Shown one piece after another: positions 19,944-29,170 of a stretch of 64,000 nucleotides of DNA (position 1 is the first letter of the stretch; each line of letters starts with the position of its first letter). The notes under the pieces are model-generated. The model was not told the DNA's origin, made no database searches, and saw only the letters and a program-made list of their open reading frames with translations. The stretch is taken from the IMG/VR virus record IMGVR_UViG_3300042446_001683. The stretch is one strand, 5' to 3'. This DNA comes from a virus. The translations under genes and the position numbers were made by a program.

Positions 19944-20155
19944 GAGTTATAGAAGTAGTAACTCAAGGTCCTATAGGTCCTCAAGGTCCTGCTGGTCCTG
20001 TAGCTACAGGATCATTATCCTTATCTAATGTCTTAACTTTAATCCCACAACATCCTTTACCAGCAGGAGTAGCCACAGGATCATTTGCCGTATCATCAAG
20101 TATACCTTCAAAACCTTATTTCTTTGATGGAACAAGTTGGAATGCTCTTTATTGA
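19940..20155 (+). CDS. Short collagen-motif virion protein
   Basis: GPIGPQGPAGP; ends YFFDGTSWNALY. Confidence 0.6.
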   Translation: MRVIEVVTQGPIGPQGPAGPVATGSLSLSNVLTLIPQHPLPAGVATGSFAVSSSIPSKPYFFDGTSWNALY

Positions 20156-20163
20156 TATTTATA
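20155..20163 (+). promoter_or_regulatory. Putative late promoter motif ATATTTATA
   Basis: Recurrent motif. Confidence 0.6.
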
Positions 20164-20189
20164 ATAAATCTAACACGTGGTAAAGTTTC

Positions 20190-20720
20190 ATGAGTAACAC
20201 AGTAAAAGATAATTCTTCATTTAATTATATAACAGTTATTCCTGAATCTGGGAATAACATTACTGTCACTCAACCTCTTGTTAATGTAATTGAAATAGCT
20301 ACAGTAGGACCACAAGGACCAGCAGGACCTCCTGGAACAGGAAGTAGTGGTCCGTTTGTAGATTTTGGTTCATATTGGGGAGCAACTGATAATTTACAAG
20401 TCACAGGTTCATTTAATACAACTGGGTCTGTTTTATTTGTAAGTACTAATTCTAGTATAGTATCTAATCCTGCTTTTGCAAGTAATGATTTCTTTTTAGT
20501 AAGAAACTTAATTACTACTTTTGTAATAAATGATGGAATACAAATCACATCATCAGCAAATAATCCTATACAAGTATTAGGTACTAATAATAATAATTTA
20601 TTACAAGTATCACAAAGTGGATTAATAATATTTTCTACATCATCAACAACTCCTTCAGGTGTTGCACCTAATGGAGGTATTTTATTTACTTCAACAAACT
20701 TTTTTGTAGGAATAGATTAA
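20190..20720 (+). CDS. Collagen-motif virion protein
   Basis: IEIATVGPQGPAGPPG, similar to the preceding ORF. Confidence 0.55.
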   Translation: MSNTVKDNSSFNYITVIPESGNNITVTQPLVNVIEIATVGPQGPAGPPGTGSSGPFVDFGSYWGATDNLQVTGSFNTTGSVLFVSTNSSIVSNPAFASNDFFLVRNLITTFVINDGIQITSSANNPIQVLGTNNNNLLQVSQSGLIIFSTSSTTPSGVAPNGGILFTSTNFFVGID

Positions 20721-20737
20721 TCTAGTATCTTTTATAT

Positions 20738-20746
20738 ATATTTATA
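20738..20746 (+). promoter_or_regulatory. Putative late promoter motif ATATTTATA
   Basis: Recurrent motif. Confidence 0.6.
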
Positions 20747-20767
20747 ACAAAACAAAAAACATAAAAA

Positions 20768-22495
20768 ATGGCAACTTGGAAGAAAGTCATAGTCTCCGGA
20801 TCAAACGCGGAGCTTAATCAAATAACAGCTAGTGGTGGAGTTAATGCTACATTACCTAGTGCACAGCAAGCTAATTTTGTATCATACAACCCATCAACAG
20901 GTCAATTAGGATATTTTGGTACTGGCTCTCTTACAGCTGCAACCGCATCTTATGTTACTGCTTCTGGTGTTGCTGGTCCATTTGGAGCAAATAGTATTTT
21001 AACTGCTTCATATGCTACAACAGCATCATTTGTAACACAAGCAGTAAGTGCTTCGTTTGCAACATTAGCCCAAACTGCTAATACTGCATCTTATGTATTA
21101 CAAGCAGTAAGTGCTTCATTTGCTACAAATGCTTCTCAATTAAATGGTCAAGCAGCTTCTTTTTATCAAAACGCATCTAATATCAATGCAGGTACTTTAG
21201 GAAATTCTTTCCTACCAGCTGCAATTAGTGTTACATCAGTTTCAGCTTCATTTACCGGTTCATTAACAGGTGCTTTAACTGGGACTGCTTCTTTTGCAAC
21301 AAGTGCTTCTCAAGCCACAACAGCAACAAATGCTGTAAATACAGCTGTAACTGATACAACTACAGGAACAGGCCCTTATTATGTAACATTTGTTGATGGT
21401 ACTACAGGAAATAGAGCACAATTAGTTGACTCAGCAGGATTAACATTTAATGCTACAACAAACACATTATCTACAACTGCCTCTCAAGCTATAACAGCTT
21501 CTTACGCCTCAGCAGGAGTAGTATCAGCTAATTTAACTCAAGGTACAGGTGTAACTGCTTTCACTTATAATGGTGGAACAGCTCAAACTGTAGCTGTAAG
21601 TGGAGCATCAGCATTAAGTACTAATGCTATCACTAAATGGACTGGAGCTGCATTTGCTAACTCAAGTTTAACAGATAATGGTACAACAATTACAGGTGCT
21701 ACCTCTATTCAATTAACAGGAGCTTCTTCAGCATTAACAGGTTCATTTACTGGATCTCATTTTGGTCCATTAACTGGAACAGCTTCATTTGCCACATCAG
21801 CTTCTTCAGCTATATCAGCTTCTTATGTATTACAGGCTGTTAGTGCCTCATTCGCTACTTTAGCCCAAACTGCTAACACAGCTTCATTTGTTGTAACAGC
21901 TCAAACTGCAAGTTATGTGTTACAAGCAGTAAGTGCTTCATTCGCAACATTAGCACAAACTGCTAACTCAGCGTCTAATATTACAAATGCTATTACTAAT
22001 GCCGCTGATAATAGATTATTAACAGCAAACGTTGGTGGTACTATTAATGGTGAATCTAACTTAACATTTGATGGTACTACATTATCTGTAACTGGTAATG
22101 CTACATTAACAGGTAACTTAACAGTAGCGGGAACAGCATCGTTTACAAACACTGATAACTTAAACATTAGAGATAAATTTATCTTAATTAATAGTGGATC
22201 AGCAACATTATCAGACTCAGGTTGGATAACACAATACAACGCGGCAGGATCTGGATCAGCATTTTACTTAGATGCAGGTACAGGTACTGATCATGGCCCA
22301 TATGGTCGTTTCGCTGTAGCATTTGATACATTAGGAACCACAACTGCACCAACAGTTAGTGAGTATGTAGTAACAGCAAAAATCAACCAAGCTTCAAACC
22401 CATCAAATGCTGTTCCTCCAACATGGGGTACAGGATCAAATGGATCTGGTAATATGTGGATTACAAATGCTGGGGATATTTTCATTTACGGATAA
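20768..22495 (+). CDS. Ala/Ser/Thr-rich fibre protein
   Basis: MATWKKVIVSGS N-terminus; repeated QAVSASFATLAQTANTAS; LNIRDKFILINSGS. Confidence 0.7.
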   Translation: MATWKKVIVSGSNAELNQITASGGVNATLPSAQQANFVSYNPSTGQLGYFGTGSLTAATASYVTASGVAGPFGANSILTASYATTASFVTQAVSASFATLAQTANTASYVLQAVSASFATNASQLNGQAASFYQNASNINAGTLGNSFLPAAISVTSVSASFTGSLTGALTGTASFATSASQATTATNAVNTAVTDTTTGTGPYYVTFVDGTTGNRAQLVDSAGLTFNATTNTLSTTASQAITASYASAGVVSANLTQGTGVTAFTYNGGTAQTVAVSGASALSTNAITKWTGAAFANSSLTDNGTTITGATSIQLTGASSALTGSFTGSHFGPLTGTASFATSASSAISASYVLQAVSASFATLAQTANTASFVVTAQTASYVLQAVSASFATLAQTANSASNITNAITNAADNRLLTANVGGTINGESNLTFDGTTLSVTGNATLTGNLTVAGTASFTNTDNLNIRDKFILINSGSATLSDSGWITQYNAAGSGSAFYLDAGTGTDHGPYGRFAVAFDTLGTTTAPTVSEYVVTAKINQASNPSNAVPPTWGTGSNGSGNMWITNAGDIFIYG

Positions 22496-22513
22496 TAAAA
22501 AACTAGAAAAGTT

Positions 22514-22711
22514 ATGTCAATGCTCGACGATCTCAGAAATAAGTTTCAACCAACAGAAAAACAGGTTGATACTAACCAACTAAGCCAACAAGAATTAGAA
22601 TACTTGCTTACCCTCTTAAAAAATGTAAATTTAAGAGGGGAGCATGTTGAAATGTTCTACGAATTAGTTTTGAAACTACAAAAACAATATTTAGATTATC
22701 CATCTAAATAA
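22514..22711 (+). CDS. Small helical protein, possible fibre chaperone
   Basis: 65 aa between two fibre genes; GTTATG start context. Confidence 0.5.
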   Translation: MSMLDDLRNKFQPTEKQVDTNQLSQQELEYLLTLLKNVNLRGEHVEMFYELVLKLQKQYLDYPSK

Positions 22712-22729
22712 TAATAAAAATAAAAAGTT

Positions 22730-22978
22730 ATGGATTTATTCGCGGTAGATTTTAGTTTTAACGAACTACAATTCCTTAGACAATCATTAGATTTAGTAAC
22801 AATTAAAGGTACAGATGCTAAATTCTTAGCTAGTCTTCAAATTAAAATTGAGACTGAACTAGCAGAGATCCAGCGGATGTTAACTCAACAAGATGTTGAG
22901 AAACAAGCTGCACTTCAGGAGATTATTGAAAGAGAAGAGAAGAAAGCTAAAAAACAGTCATCCAATATTCCTTCGTAA
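22730..22978 (+). CDS. Small helical protein, possible fibre chaperone
   Basis: 82 aa; ELQFLRQSLDLVTIKG resembles ELEYLLTLLKNVNLRG of the preceding ORF. Confidence 0.5.
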   Translation: MDLFAVDFSFNELQFLRQSLDLVTIKGTDAKFLASLQIKIETELAEIQRMLTQQDVEKQAALQEIIEREEKKAKKQSSNIPS

Positions 22979-22986
22979 TATTTATA
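22978..22986 (+). promoter_or_regulatory. Putative late promoter motif ATATTTATA
   Basis: Upstream of the structured leader and fibre gene. Confidence 0.6.
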
Positions 22987-22995
22987 ATAAACATC

Positions 22996-23057
22996 TGTTG
23001 TTGGCCGTAAGGAAGTAGGCATATACATGGCATAAATGTATGTATCTAACCACAACA
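22996..23057 (+). ncRNA. Candidate structured cis-regulatory RNA (three-way junction) in fibre 5' UTR
   Basis: UGUUG(U)UGG/CCACAACA outer stem, CC-GUAA-GG hairpin, UAG..AUAUACAU/AUGUAUGU..CUA stem. Confidence 0.55.
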
Positions 23058-23070
23058 TTATAATATTACT

Positions 23071-26000
23071 ATGCCAAACTGGAAAAAAGTCGTTGTATCT
23101 GGCTCAAACGCCATATTAAATTCTGTCACAGCCTCATTTACAGGTTCATTAACTGGTGCTTTAATAGGTACAGCATCTTGGGCAACTAACGCTACAAACG
23201 CTGTAGTAACTGTAACAACAGCAAACTCTGACATGTATCTTGGTTTGGCTTCTACGACAGGAGTTACGGGTATATTAGCAGATACTTCAGGTATTACCTA
23301 CAATCCTAGCACTAATACGTTAGGAGGAGCATATACTTCAACCGGTACTCATAAAGGAACTTTTCAAGTAAATTCAATCAATACGGCAGGAACCTACTAT
23401 CCAGTATTTGCTGGTGGCGCAGGCGATACTATACTATATGCAGATGGCGATGCTACTTTTAATTACAATCCAGGTGGAAATTTATTGAGTGTAGGGGCTG
23501 TTAGCGCCACTTCACTCACGGGATCGCATCTAGGAAACACAGTTGGGACAGCATCATGGGCTACTAATTCTTCTACTGCTTCTTTTGTTAACACACTAAA
23601 CCAAAATGTATTAATTACAGGTAGTGTTACTATAGGATCAAGTAGTTTAGGACCAAGTGAAAATACATTAACTCTAGGAGCACGTGATAGTGTAAATGAA
23701 GGAGGTCAAATAGGATTTAATGCTCCTGGTGGGACTTACACATCCGCTTCATTTATCGATCTTTATCAAAACAGAATTAGAATACTCAAAGGTACAAACG
23801 CTAGTAGTACTGGTGAAGTTATTACTTGGAATCTTGGTACCCTTCAAATGGTGTTACCTGCATATACTAATGCATCATCATTCCCAGGAACAGCCACAGC
23901 AAACTTAGCAGTTGACTCAAGTGGTAATGTAATAACAGTATCTACAGCAGGTGGAGCAGCATTCCCATTTACCGGCTCCGCTCTAATAACAGGTAGTTTA
24001 GGAGTTACAGGCTCAACTTCAATACAAGGAACACTTAATCAAGGATCAGCTTCAATTGCATCAGGATTATTCTCTCATGTACAAGGACTATTAACTACAG
24101 CATCAGGAATCTATTCACATGCTGAAGGAGATAGTACACACGCATCTGGATCGTATTCACATGCAGAAGGATCTCTTAGTCGAGCATTTGGAAACTATTC
24201 ACACGCAGAAGGTAGTAATTCATTAGCTGAAGGTAATTATTCACACGCAGAAGGTACTAGTTTAGCAATTGGAGATGTTTCACACGCAGAAGGAGTAGGA
24301 ATAGCAGTTGGAGACTATTCACACGCTGAAGGAACAGGAACAACATCTGGATCGTATTCACACGCTGAAGGTAATGGTACAATAACATCTGGATCCTACT
24401 CTCACGCAGAAGGTAGTACTACTAATGCAATTGGAAATAGTTCACACGCGGAAGGTTCAAGTACCAAAACAGGAATTACAACTGCATACGCATCAACTGT
24501 ATCTTCTGGAGTTGTAACTTTAAACTCTACATATGGTGATGTAAGCCTAGAGTTTGCAACTGATAATAACTTATTATTATACGATACTCCATTTGATGCT
24601 ATTTATGGAACATCCACTTTTATTATAAGTCAATCTTATTTTTCATCTCCAAACACAATTGTAGAATTAGTTGATACAAGTGTAACTACTACAACAGCAT
24701 ATGTAGGTAGTTTAAATTATGGAGTAAGCGGCTGGATCGGCGATTCAACTATACCTGGAGATTATTCACACGCAGAAGGAAATACTAGCGCAGCAGTTGG
24801 AGGATCTTCACATGCAGAAGGTCGAGAAACAATAGCAGTAGGAGCATCTTCACATGCTGAAGGACGTGGTACTAATGCAATTGGAGGTGGTTCACACGCA
24901 GAAGGTTATCTTACAATAGCAGTTGGAGGATTTTCACACGCAGAAGGTGTTGAAACTCAAGCAATTGGAGATGTTTCACACGCAGAAGGAGAAGGTACAA
25001 TAGCATCTGGATTTGCTTCACACGCTGAAGGTGCAGAAACTAAAGCAATTGGACCATATTCACATGCAGAAGGTCGAAGGACATCAGCATCTGGAGACTG
25101 GTCACACGCTGAAGGTGCTAATACTAAAGCCCTTGGAACCTGGTCACACGCAGAAGGATTAGGTACAGTAGCATCAGGCTCATATCAACACGTCCAAGGA
25201 CAATATAACATATCTTCATCAGCAGAAAGTGCATTTATTATAGGAAATGGAATTAATGATGCTAACCGATCAAACTTAGTCTTTGCCTCTGGTTCACAAT
25301 TTCAAATTACTGGTTCTGCTTTAATAACAGGTAGTTTAGGGGTAACTGGATCATTTAACCAAGGTTCAGCCTCATTAGCATCAGGTTTATTCTCTCATGT
25401 ACAAGGATTAGCCAACACAGCATCAGGAATTTATTCTCATGCAGAAGGAAATAGTACACACGCATCTGGATCATATTCACACGCTGAAGGATTAGGTACA
25501 ATAGCATCTGGATCATGGTCACACGCTGAAGGTCGAAGTGCAATATCAATTGGAGCATTTTCACACGCAGAAGGTCGAGATACAGTAGCATCTGGATCCA
25601 ATTCGCATGCAGAAGGTAATAATACACAAGCAATTGGAGACAATTCACATGCAGAAGGTGCCGCTACTCAAGCAATTGGACAAGGATCTCATGCTGAAGG
25701 ATTTAATACAGTAGCATCAGGCTCATATCAACACGTCCAAGGTCAATATAACCTATTCTCATCAGCAGAAAGTGCATTTATTATAGGAAATGGAACTAGT
25801 GGCGCTGCTAGATCAAATCTAGTCTTTGCCTCTGGTTCACAATTCCAAATTACAGGCTCATTAAGAGTAAGTGGTAGTATTACTGGTTCATTATTTGGAA
25901 CAGCATCATGGGCACAAAGCGCTTCAAATGCTATTATAGCAATAGATGCAACATCAGCAGAAGCAGCTAAAACTGTACGAACAATATCAAGTAGTGTAAA

Positions 26001-26562
26001 TGCTGTTTTTTATCCTACATTTGTAGATTCTAATAACACACCAGCATCAAATGAAGCTTTATACACCTCAGATAGAATAACTTTTAATCCTGGAGGGCAA
26101 GTTTTAAATGTCCGAGGACTTTCTGCACAAAATATCCAAGTCACAAGTTCATTAACTGTTAGCGGTTCATTAATATTTACACCACCAACATCTCCTGCAT
26201 TTAATGGTGAAATAGTAAGATTTGGAGCAGGTACACTAACAACAGGACAACTATACTTTCTTAGTTCATCTGGTACATGGTCACTTGCAAATGCTAATTC
26301 AACAGGTAGTAGTACAGGTATGTTAGGTATAGCAGTTGGCTCATCACCAACAACACAAGGATTATTAGTTAGAGGATATGCGGCTAGTTCTTCATATACA
26401 ACAGCAACTGGATCAATTTTGTATGTTGCTACTTCATCTGGTTTAATAACAGCAACACCACCTTCTTCATCAAACCATGTAGTTAGAGTTATTGGGTATA
26501 AAACAACTTTATCAGACACAATTTATTTCACACCAGACCCAACTTGGGTAACATTAGCATAA
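23071..26562 (+). CDS. Long fibre/adhesin with YadA-head-like SHAEG repeats
   Basis: MPNWKKVVVSGS N-terminus; 26 SHAEG repeats of about 14 aa in blocks of 9, 10 and 7. Confidence 0.8.
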   Translation: MPNWKKVVVSGSNAILNSVTASFTGSLTGALIGTASWATNATNAVVTVTTANSDMYLGLASTTGVTGILADTSGITYNPSTNTLGGAYTSTGTHKGTFQVNSINTAGTYYPVFAGGAGDTILYADGDATFNYNPGGNLLSVGAVSATSLTGSHLGNTVGTASWATNSSTASFVNTLNQNVLITGSVTIGSSSLGPSENTLTLGARDSVNEGGQIGFNAPGGTYTSASFIDLYQNRIRILKGTNASSTGEVITWNLGTLQMVLPAYTNASSFPGTATANLAVDSSGNVITVSTAGGAAFPFTGSALITGSLGVTGSTSIQGTLNQGSASIASGLFSHVQGLLTTASGIYSHAEGDSTHASGSYSHAEGSLSRAFGNYSHAEGSNSLAEGNYSHAEGTSLAIGDVSHAEGVGIAVGDYSHAEGTGTTSGSYSHAEGNGTITSGSYSHAEGSTTNAIGNSSHAEGSSTKTGITTAYASTVSSGVVTLNSTYGDVSLEFATDNNLLLYDTPFDAIYGTSTFIISQSYFSSPNTIVELVDTSVTTTTAYVGSLNYGVSGWIGDSTIPGDYSHAEGNTSAAVGGSSHAEGRETIAVGASSHAEGRGTNAIGGGSHAEGYLTIAVGGFSHAEGVETQAIGDVSHAEGEGTIASGFASHAEGAETKAIGPYSHAEGRRTSASGDWSHAEGANTKALGTWSHAEGLGTVASGSYQHVQGQYNISSSAESAFIIGNGINDANRSNLVFASGSQFQITGSALITGSLGVTGSFNQGSASLASGLFSHVQGLANTASGIYSHAEGNSTHASGSYSHAEGLGTIASGSWSHAEGRSAISIGAFSHAEGRDTVASGSNSHAEGNNTQAIGDNSHAEGAATQAIGQGSHAEGFNTVASGSYQHVQGQYNLFSSAESAFIIGNGTSGAARSNLVFASGSQFQITGSLRVSGSITGSLFGTASWAQSASNAIIAIDATSAEAAKTVRTISSSVNAVFYPTFVDSNNTPASNEALYTSDRITFNPGGQVLNVRGLSAQNIQVTSSLTVSGSLIFTPPTSPAFNGEIVRFGAGTLTTGQLYFLSSSGTWSLANANSTGSSTGMLGIAVGSSPTTQGLLVRGYAASSSYTTATGSILYVATSSGLITATPPSSSNHVVRVIGYKTTLSDTIYFTPDPTWVTLA
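24110..25700 (+). repeat. Coding tandem repeat of about 42 bp (TCACACGCAGAAGG core)
   Basis: Repeated tc(a/t)ca(c/t)gc(a/t)gaagg encoding SHAEG, interrupted by spacer modules. Confidence 0.85.
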
Positions 26563-26563
26563 T

Positions 26564-27391
26564 ATGGGAATACAGATTCTAAATAAAGACGTAAGTGTTA
26601 TTTCTAATGTTATGGTAACACCAAAAGCAAGTATTGGTAGTATATTTGGTACAACTGGTTGGGCAAGTGGAGGTGGATTTGCACCTGGAGATTTTGCTTT
26701 TAATGATGGGAATATTGATTACACAACAAATACTGTGACTTTTACTAAAAGTGGTAGGTTGTATATTGAAGGTGTTGCTGATGGTGAACAGGAATCACAA
26801 GGTTATCTAAATGGTCAACAAATGTTTTTCTATTCAATATCTGCAAGTGCAATAGCAAACCCAAATCAATTTAACGACTTGAATGGTGCTTATAATGACT
26901 TATTTTATTTTGGAAGATATGGAGTATTTGATGTAAGTATTGGTAATACTATGTATTTTATTAACTTTGGTGCAGGTAGTCCTTTTGATTCTTCTGTGGG
27001 TACTGCAACCTTTAGAATTAATAGTTTTACAGGAACACTTATTGATAGTTTTACAGCAACTAAGGTTGGAGGTTGTTATCTTACAACAGCAACAGTTCAG
27101 TTTAAAGGATTGTTAGATGACGGTCCTGAGTTAACGGCAATGAGAACATTGAGAGAGCATTACAGAGGTGACGTGTATTACGATGATTTGATTGCAGAGT
27201 ATTACCAAAATGCAGGATTAATTATTCAAGGAATTGAGAACAGCTTAGATCCAAGTGTTGACTACGAATTTATTTATCAAAGTGTTCTAAAAGTTAAAGA
27301 CTACGTAGACCAATCTATGTGGATAGAGGGGTGGAATGAATATTACGAAACCTATTTAACTTTAAAAGCCAAATATATTATAAATGTTTAA
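26564..27391 (+). CDS. Hypothetical protein with C-terminal CFI-box-CTERM-like domain
   Basis: GGCYLTTA...DDGPELTAMRTLRE...IAEYY. Confidence 0.55.
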   Translation: MGIQILNKDVSVISNVMVTPKASIGSIFGTTGWASGGGFAPGDFAFNDGNIDYTTNTVTFTKSGRLYIEGVADGEQESQGYLNGQQMFFYSISASAIANPNQFNDLNGAYNDLFYFGRYGVFDVSIGNTMYFINFGAGSPFDSSVGTATFRINSFTGTLIDSFTATKVGGCYLTTATVQFKGLLDDGPELTAMRTLREHYRGDVYYDDLIAEYYQNAGLIIQGIENSLDPSVDYEFIYQSVLKVKDYVDQSMWIEGWNEYYETYLTLKAKYIINV

Positions 27392-27413
27392 TGTTTATAC
27401 ACTTTAATAAAAC

Positions 27414-27442
27414 TTGGCTTATAAAATCTTTATTATTATATT
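27414..27442 (+). promoter_or_regulatory. Early/middle promoter TTGGCT-N17-TATATT
   Basis: Exact 17-nt spacer; at the start of the replication module. Confidence 0.7.
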
Positions 27443-27459
27443 ATTAGAAAATAAAGGTT

Positions 27460-28737
27460 ATGTATTGGTTAGTAGAAACTAAAGATCAATTAAGAGAATT
27501 TTTTAATCAGGACTATAAAGAAGTCTTTGTTGAGATTATTCCTTATCATAACCATATTCATCCTGCTTTAAATGATGTATGTTTAGTCTATATTAGACCA
27601 ACTTATGATTCTAAAGGATATATGTTTTGTATTGACCACAGTGAAACAATGTCACTTGGAAAAACATATCTTGAAAAATTATTAAAACATATAGACACAG
27701 TTTATGTTAGGGATAAAAAATCATTTCTATACTACTTTCAATTAAATAAAGTAACAGATATTTCTTCTATTAAACATATAGAAACACCATCTGAACCTGT
27801 ATTTGATATTTTTTATAGGAAACATCCTAATAAAACAGATATTAATAAAATAATTCCTATAGTTAAGCATTATGAGGTTTGTGAGAATATTTATACTCAA
27901 CTCCAACAAATTATATTGGACCCAAAACCAGAATATGTTAAATTTTATAATAAAGGTGCTTTAGCATTTTTTGGAATTGAAAAGAATGGAATTAAAATTA
28001 ATGAAGACAAGTTTTATAAATACTATGAACCAAATAATAGCTTATACTCGATACACGATAGTAGGGTGTTTACTCAATATAACCTTAATACTACAACCAG
28101 ACGCCCATCCAATGCATTTAATAGCATTAACTTCGCTGCTCTAAAGAAAGACAACCACTCAAGAGCAAGCTTTATACCACAAAACAATGAATTTCTTGAA
28201 ATTGATATTTCTGCATACCATCCGACTTTGGCTGGACAACTGGTTTCTCATGAATTTAGTAACCCTGATATTCACGCTGATTTTGCTAGCATGTATGGCG
28301 TAGACTACGCTAAAGCAAAAGAACTAACATTTAAGCAGTTATATGGAGGAGTATTTGAAGAATACAAATCACTTCCATTTTTCCAAAAAATTCAAACATA
28401 TGTTCAAAAACAATGGAAATTGTTTAATGAACAAGGCTTTATTAACGCCCCTATATCAGGTTATATGTTTAAAAAGGATTCATTAGAGAATATGAATCCA
28501 CAAAAATTATTCAATTATATTTTACAAAACCTAGAAACATCTACAAACATAAGTATACTACTTAAGATTCATAAGATATTAACAGGTAAAAATACTAAAA
28601 TAGTTTTATACACATATGACTCATTTCTACTTGATTGGGATGAAGATGAAGAGCAAGAATTAGAACAGATCAAAAATATATTTAAGGAAATGAAGTTATC
28701 AATAAAAATTAATGGAGGGAAGAATTATGACTTTTAA
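27460..28737 (+). CDS. Compact family-A DNA polymerase
   Basis: TTTRRPSN..SINFAAL, motif A EIDISAYHP, motif B AKELTFKQLYGG, NYILQ, motif C YTYDSFLLD. Confidence 0.78.
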   Translation: MYWLVETKDQLREFFNQDYKEVFVEIIPYHNHIHPALNDVCLVYIRPTYDSKGYMFCIDHSETMSLGKTYLEKLLKHIDTVYVRDKKSFLYYFQLNKVTDISSIKHIETPSEPVFDIFYRKHPNKTDINKIIPIVKHYEVCENIYTQLQQIILDPKPEYVKFYNKGALAFFGIEKNGIKINEDKFYKYYEPNNSLYSIHDSRVFTQYNLNTTTRRPSNAFNSINFAALKKDNHSRASFIPQNNEFLEIDISAYHPTLAGQLVSHEFSNPDIHADFASMYGVDYAKAKELTFKQLYGGVFEEYKSLPFFQKIQTYVQKQWKLFNEQGFINAPISGYMFKKDSLENMNPQKLFNYILQNLETSTNISILLKIHKILTGKNTKIVLYTYDSFLLDWDEDEEQELEQIKNIFKEMKLSIKINGGKNYDF

Positions 28738-29170
28738 ATCAAACTATGATATGTATGACGCGAACAACGCTAATATTAAGGATTTGAATAATAAGTTATT
28801 TTGCACATTCACAAGTGGTGAGGAATTAGATGAGTTGGTAAGTGAATTATCTACTGTCTACACTATCATGTACAACAAAATGTTTGTGTTATTTGTTAAA
28901 AGCACAAATGAATATGTTATCACATATAATGTCGATCAAGGTAATGTAAATTCAATCCCCGAGAATACAATTCTAGTTCATCGTAAAAAAGAAACCAATA
29001 CACTTTATACTATAAACGCTCTAAATGAACTTATTAAAAAGTTGAATGGAGGAGTAGTTGATATGGCTTATAGAGTAAATTGGCCTCACTATAAAAATAG
29101 TATATTATTAACCCAACATAATGAATTAAAACAATTGAATACAAAGGTATTCAAGATCATTGAATTATAA
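28727..29170 (+). CDS. Hypothetical protein
   Basis: NKLFCTF, TYNVD, HRKKETNTLYTINALN; start uncertain (28712, 28727 or later). Confidence 0.6.
   Translation: MTFKSNYDMYDANNANIKDLNNKLFCTFTSGEELDELVSELSTVYTIMYNKMFVLFVKSTNEYVITYNVDQGNVNSIPENTILVHRKKETNTLYTINALNELIKKLNGGVVDMAYRVNWPHYKNSILLTQHNELKQLNTKVFKIIEL

Noticed and set aside
23003-23020. Similarity of CCGUAAGGAAGUAG to SRP RNA domain IV (CCGGAAGGAAGCAG)
   Set aside because: The 5' CAGG side of the SRP symmetric loop and the long SRP hairpin are missing; kept only as an unclassified structured leader
24110-25700. Regularly spaced repeats resembling a CRISPR array
   Set aside because: In-frame coding repeats (SHAEG) with synonymous variation and a short core; no cas operon
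20768-27391. Diversity-generating retroelement acting on fibres
   Set aside because: No reverse transcriptase in the window; the duplicated modules are both coding and differences are not adenine-specific
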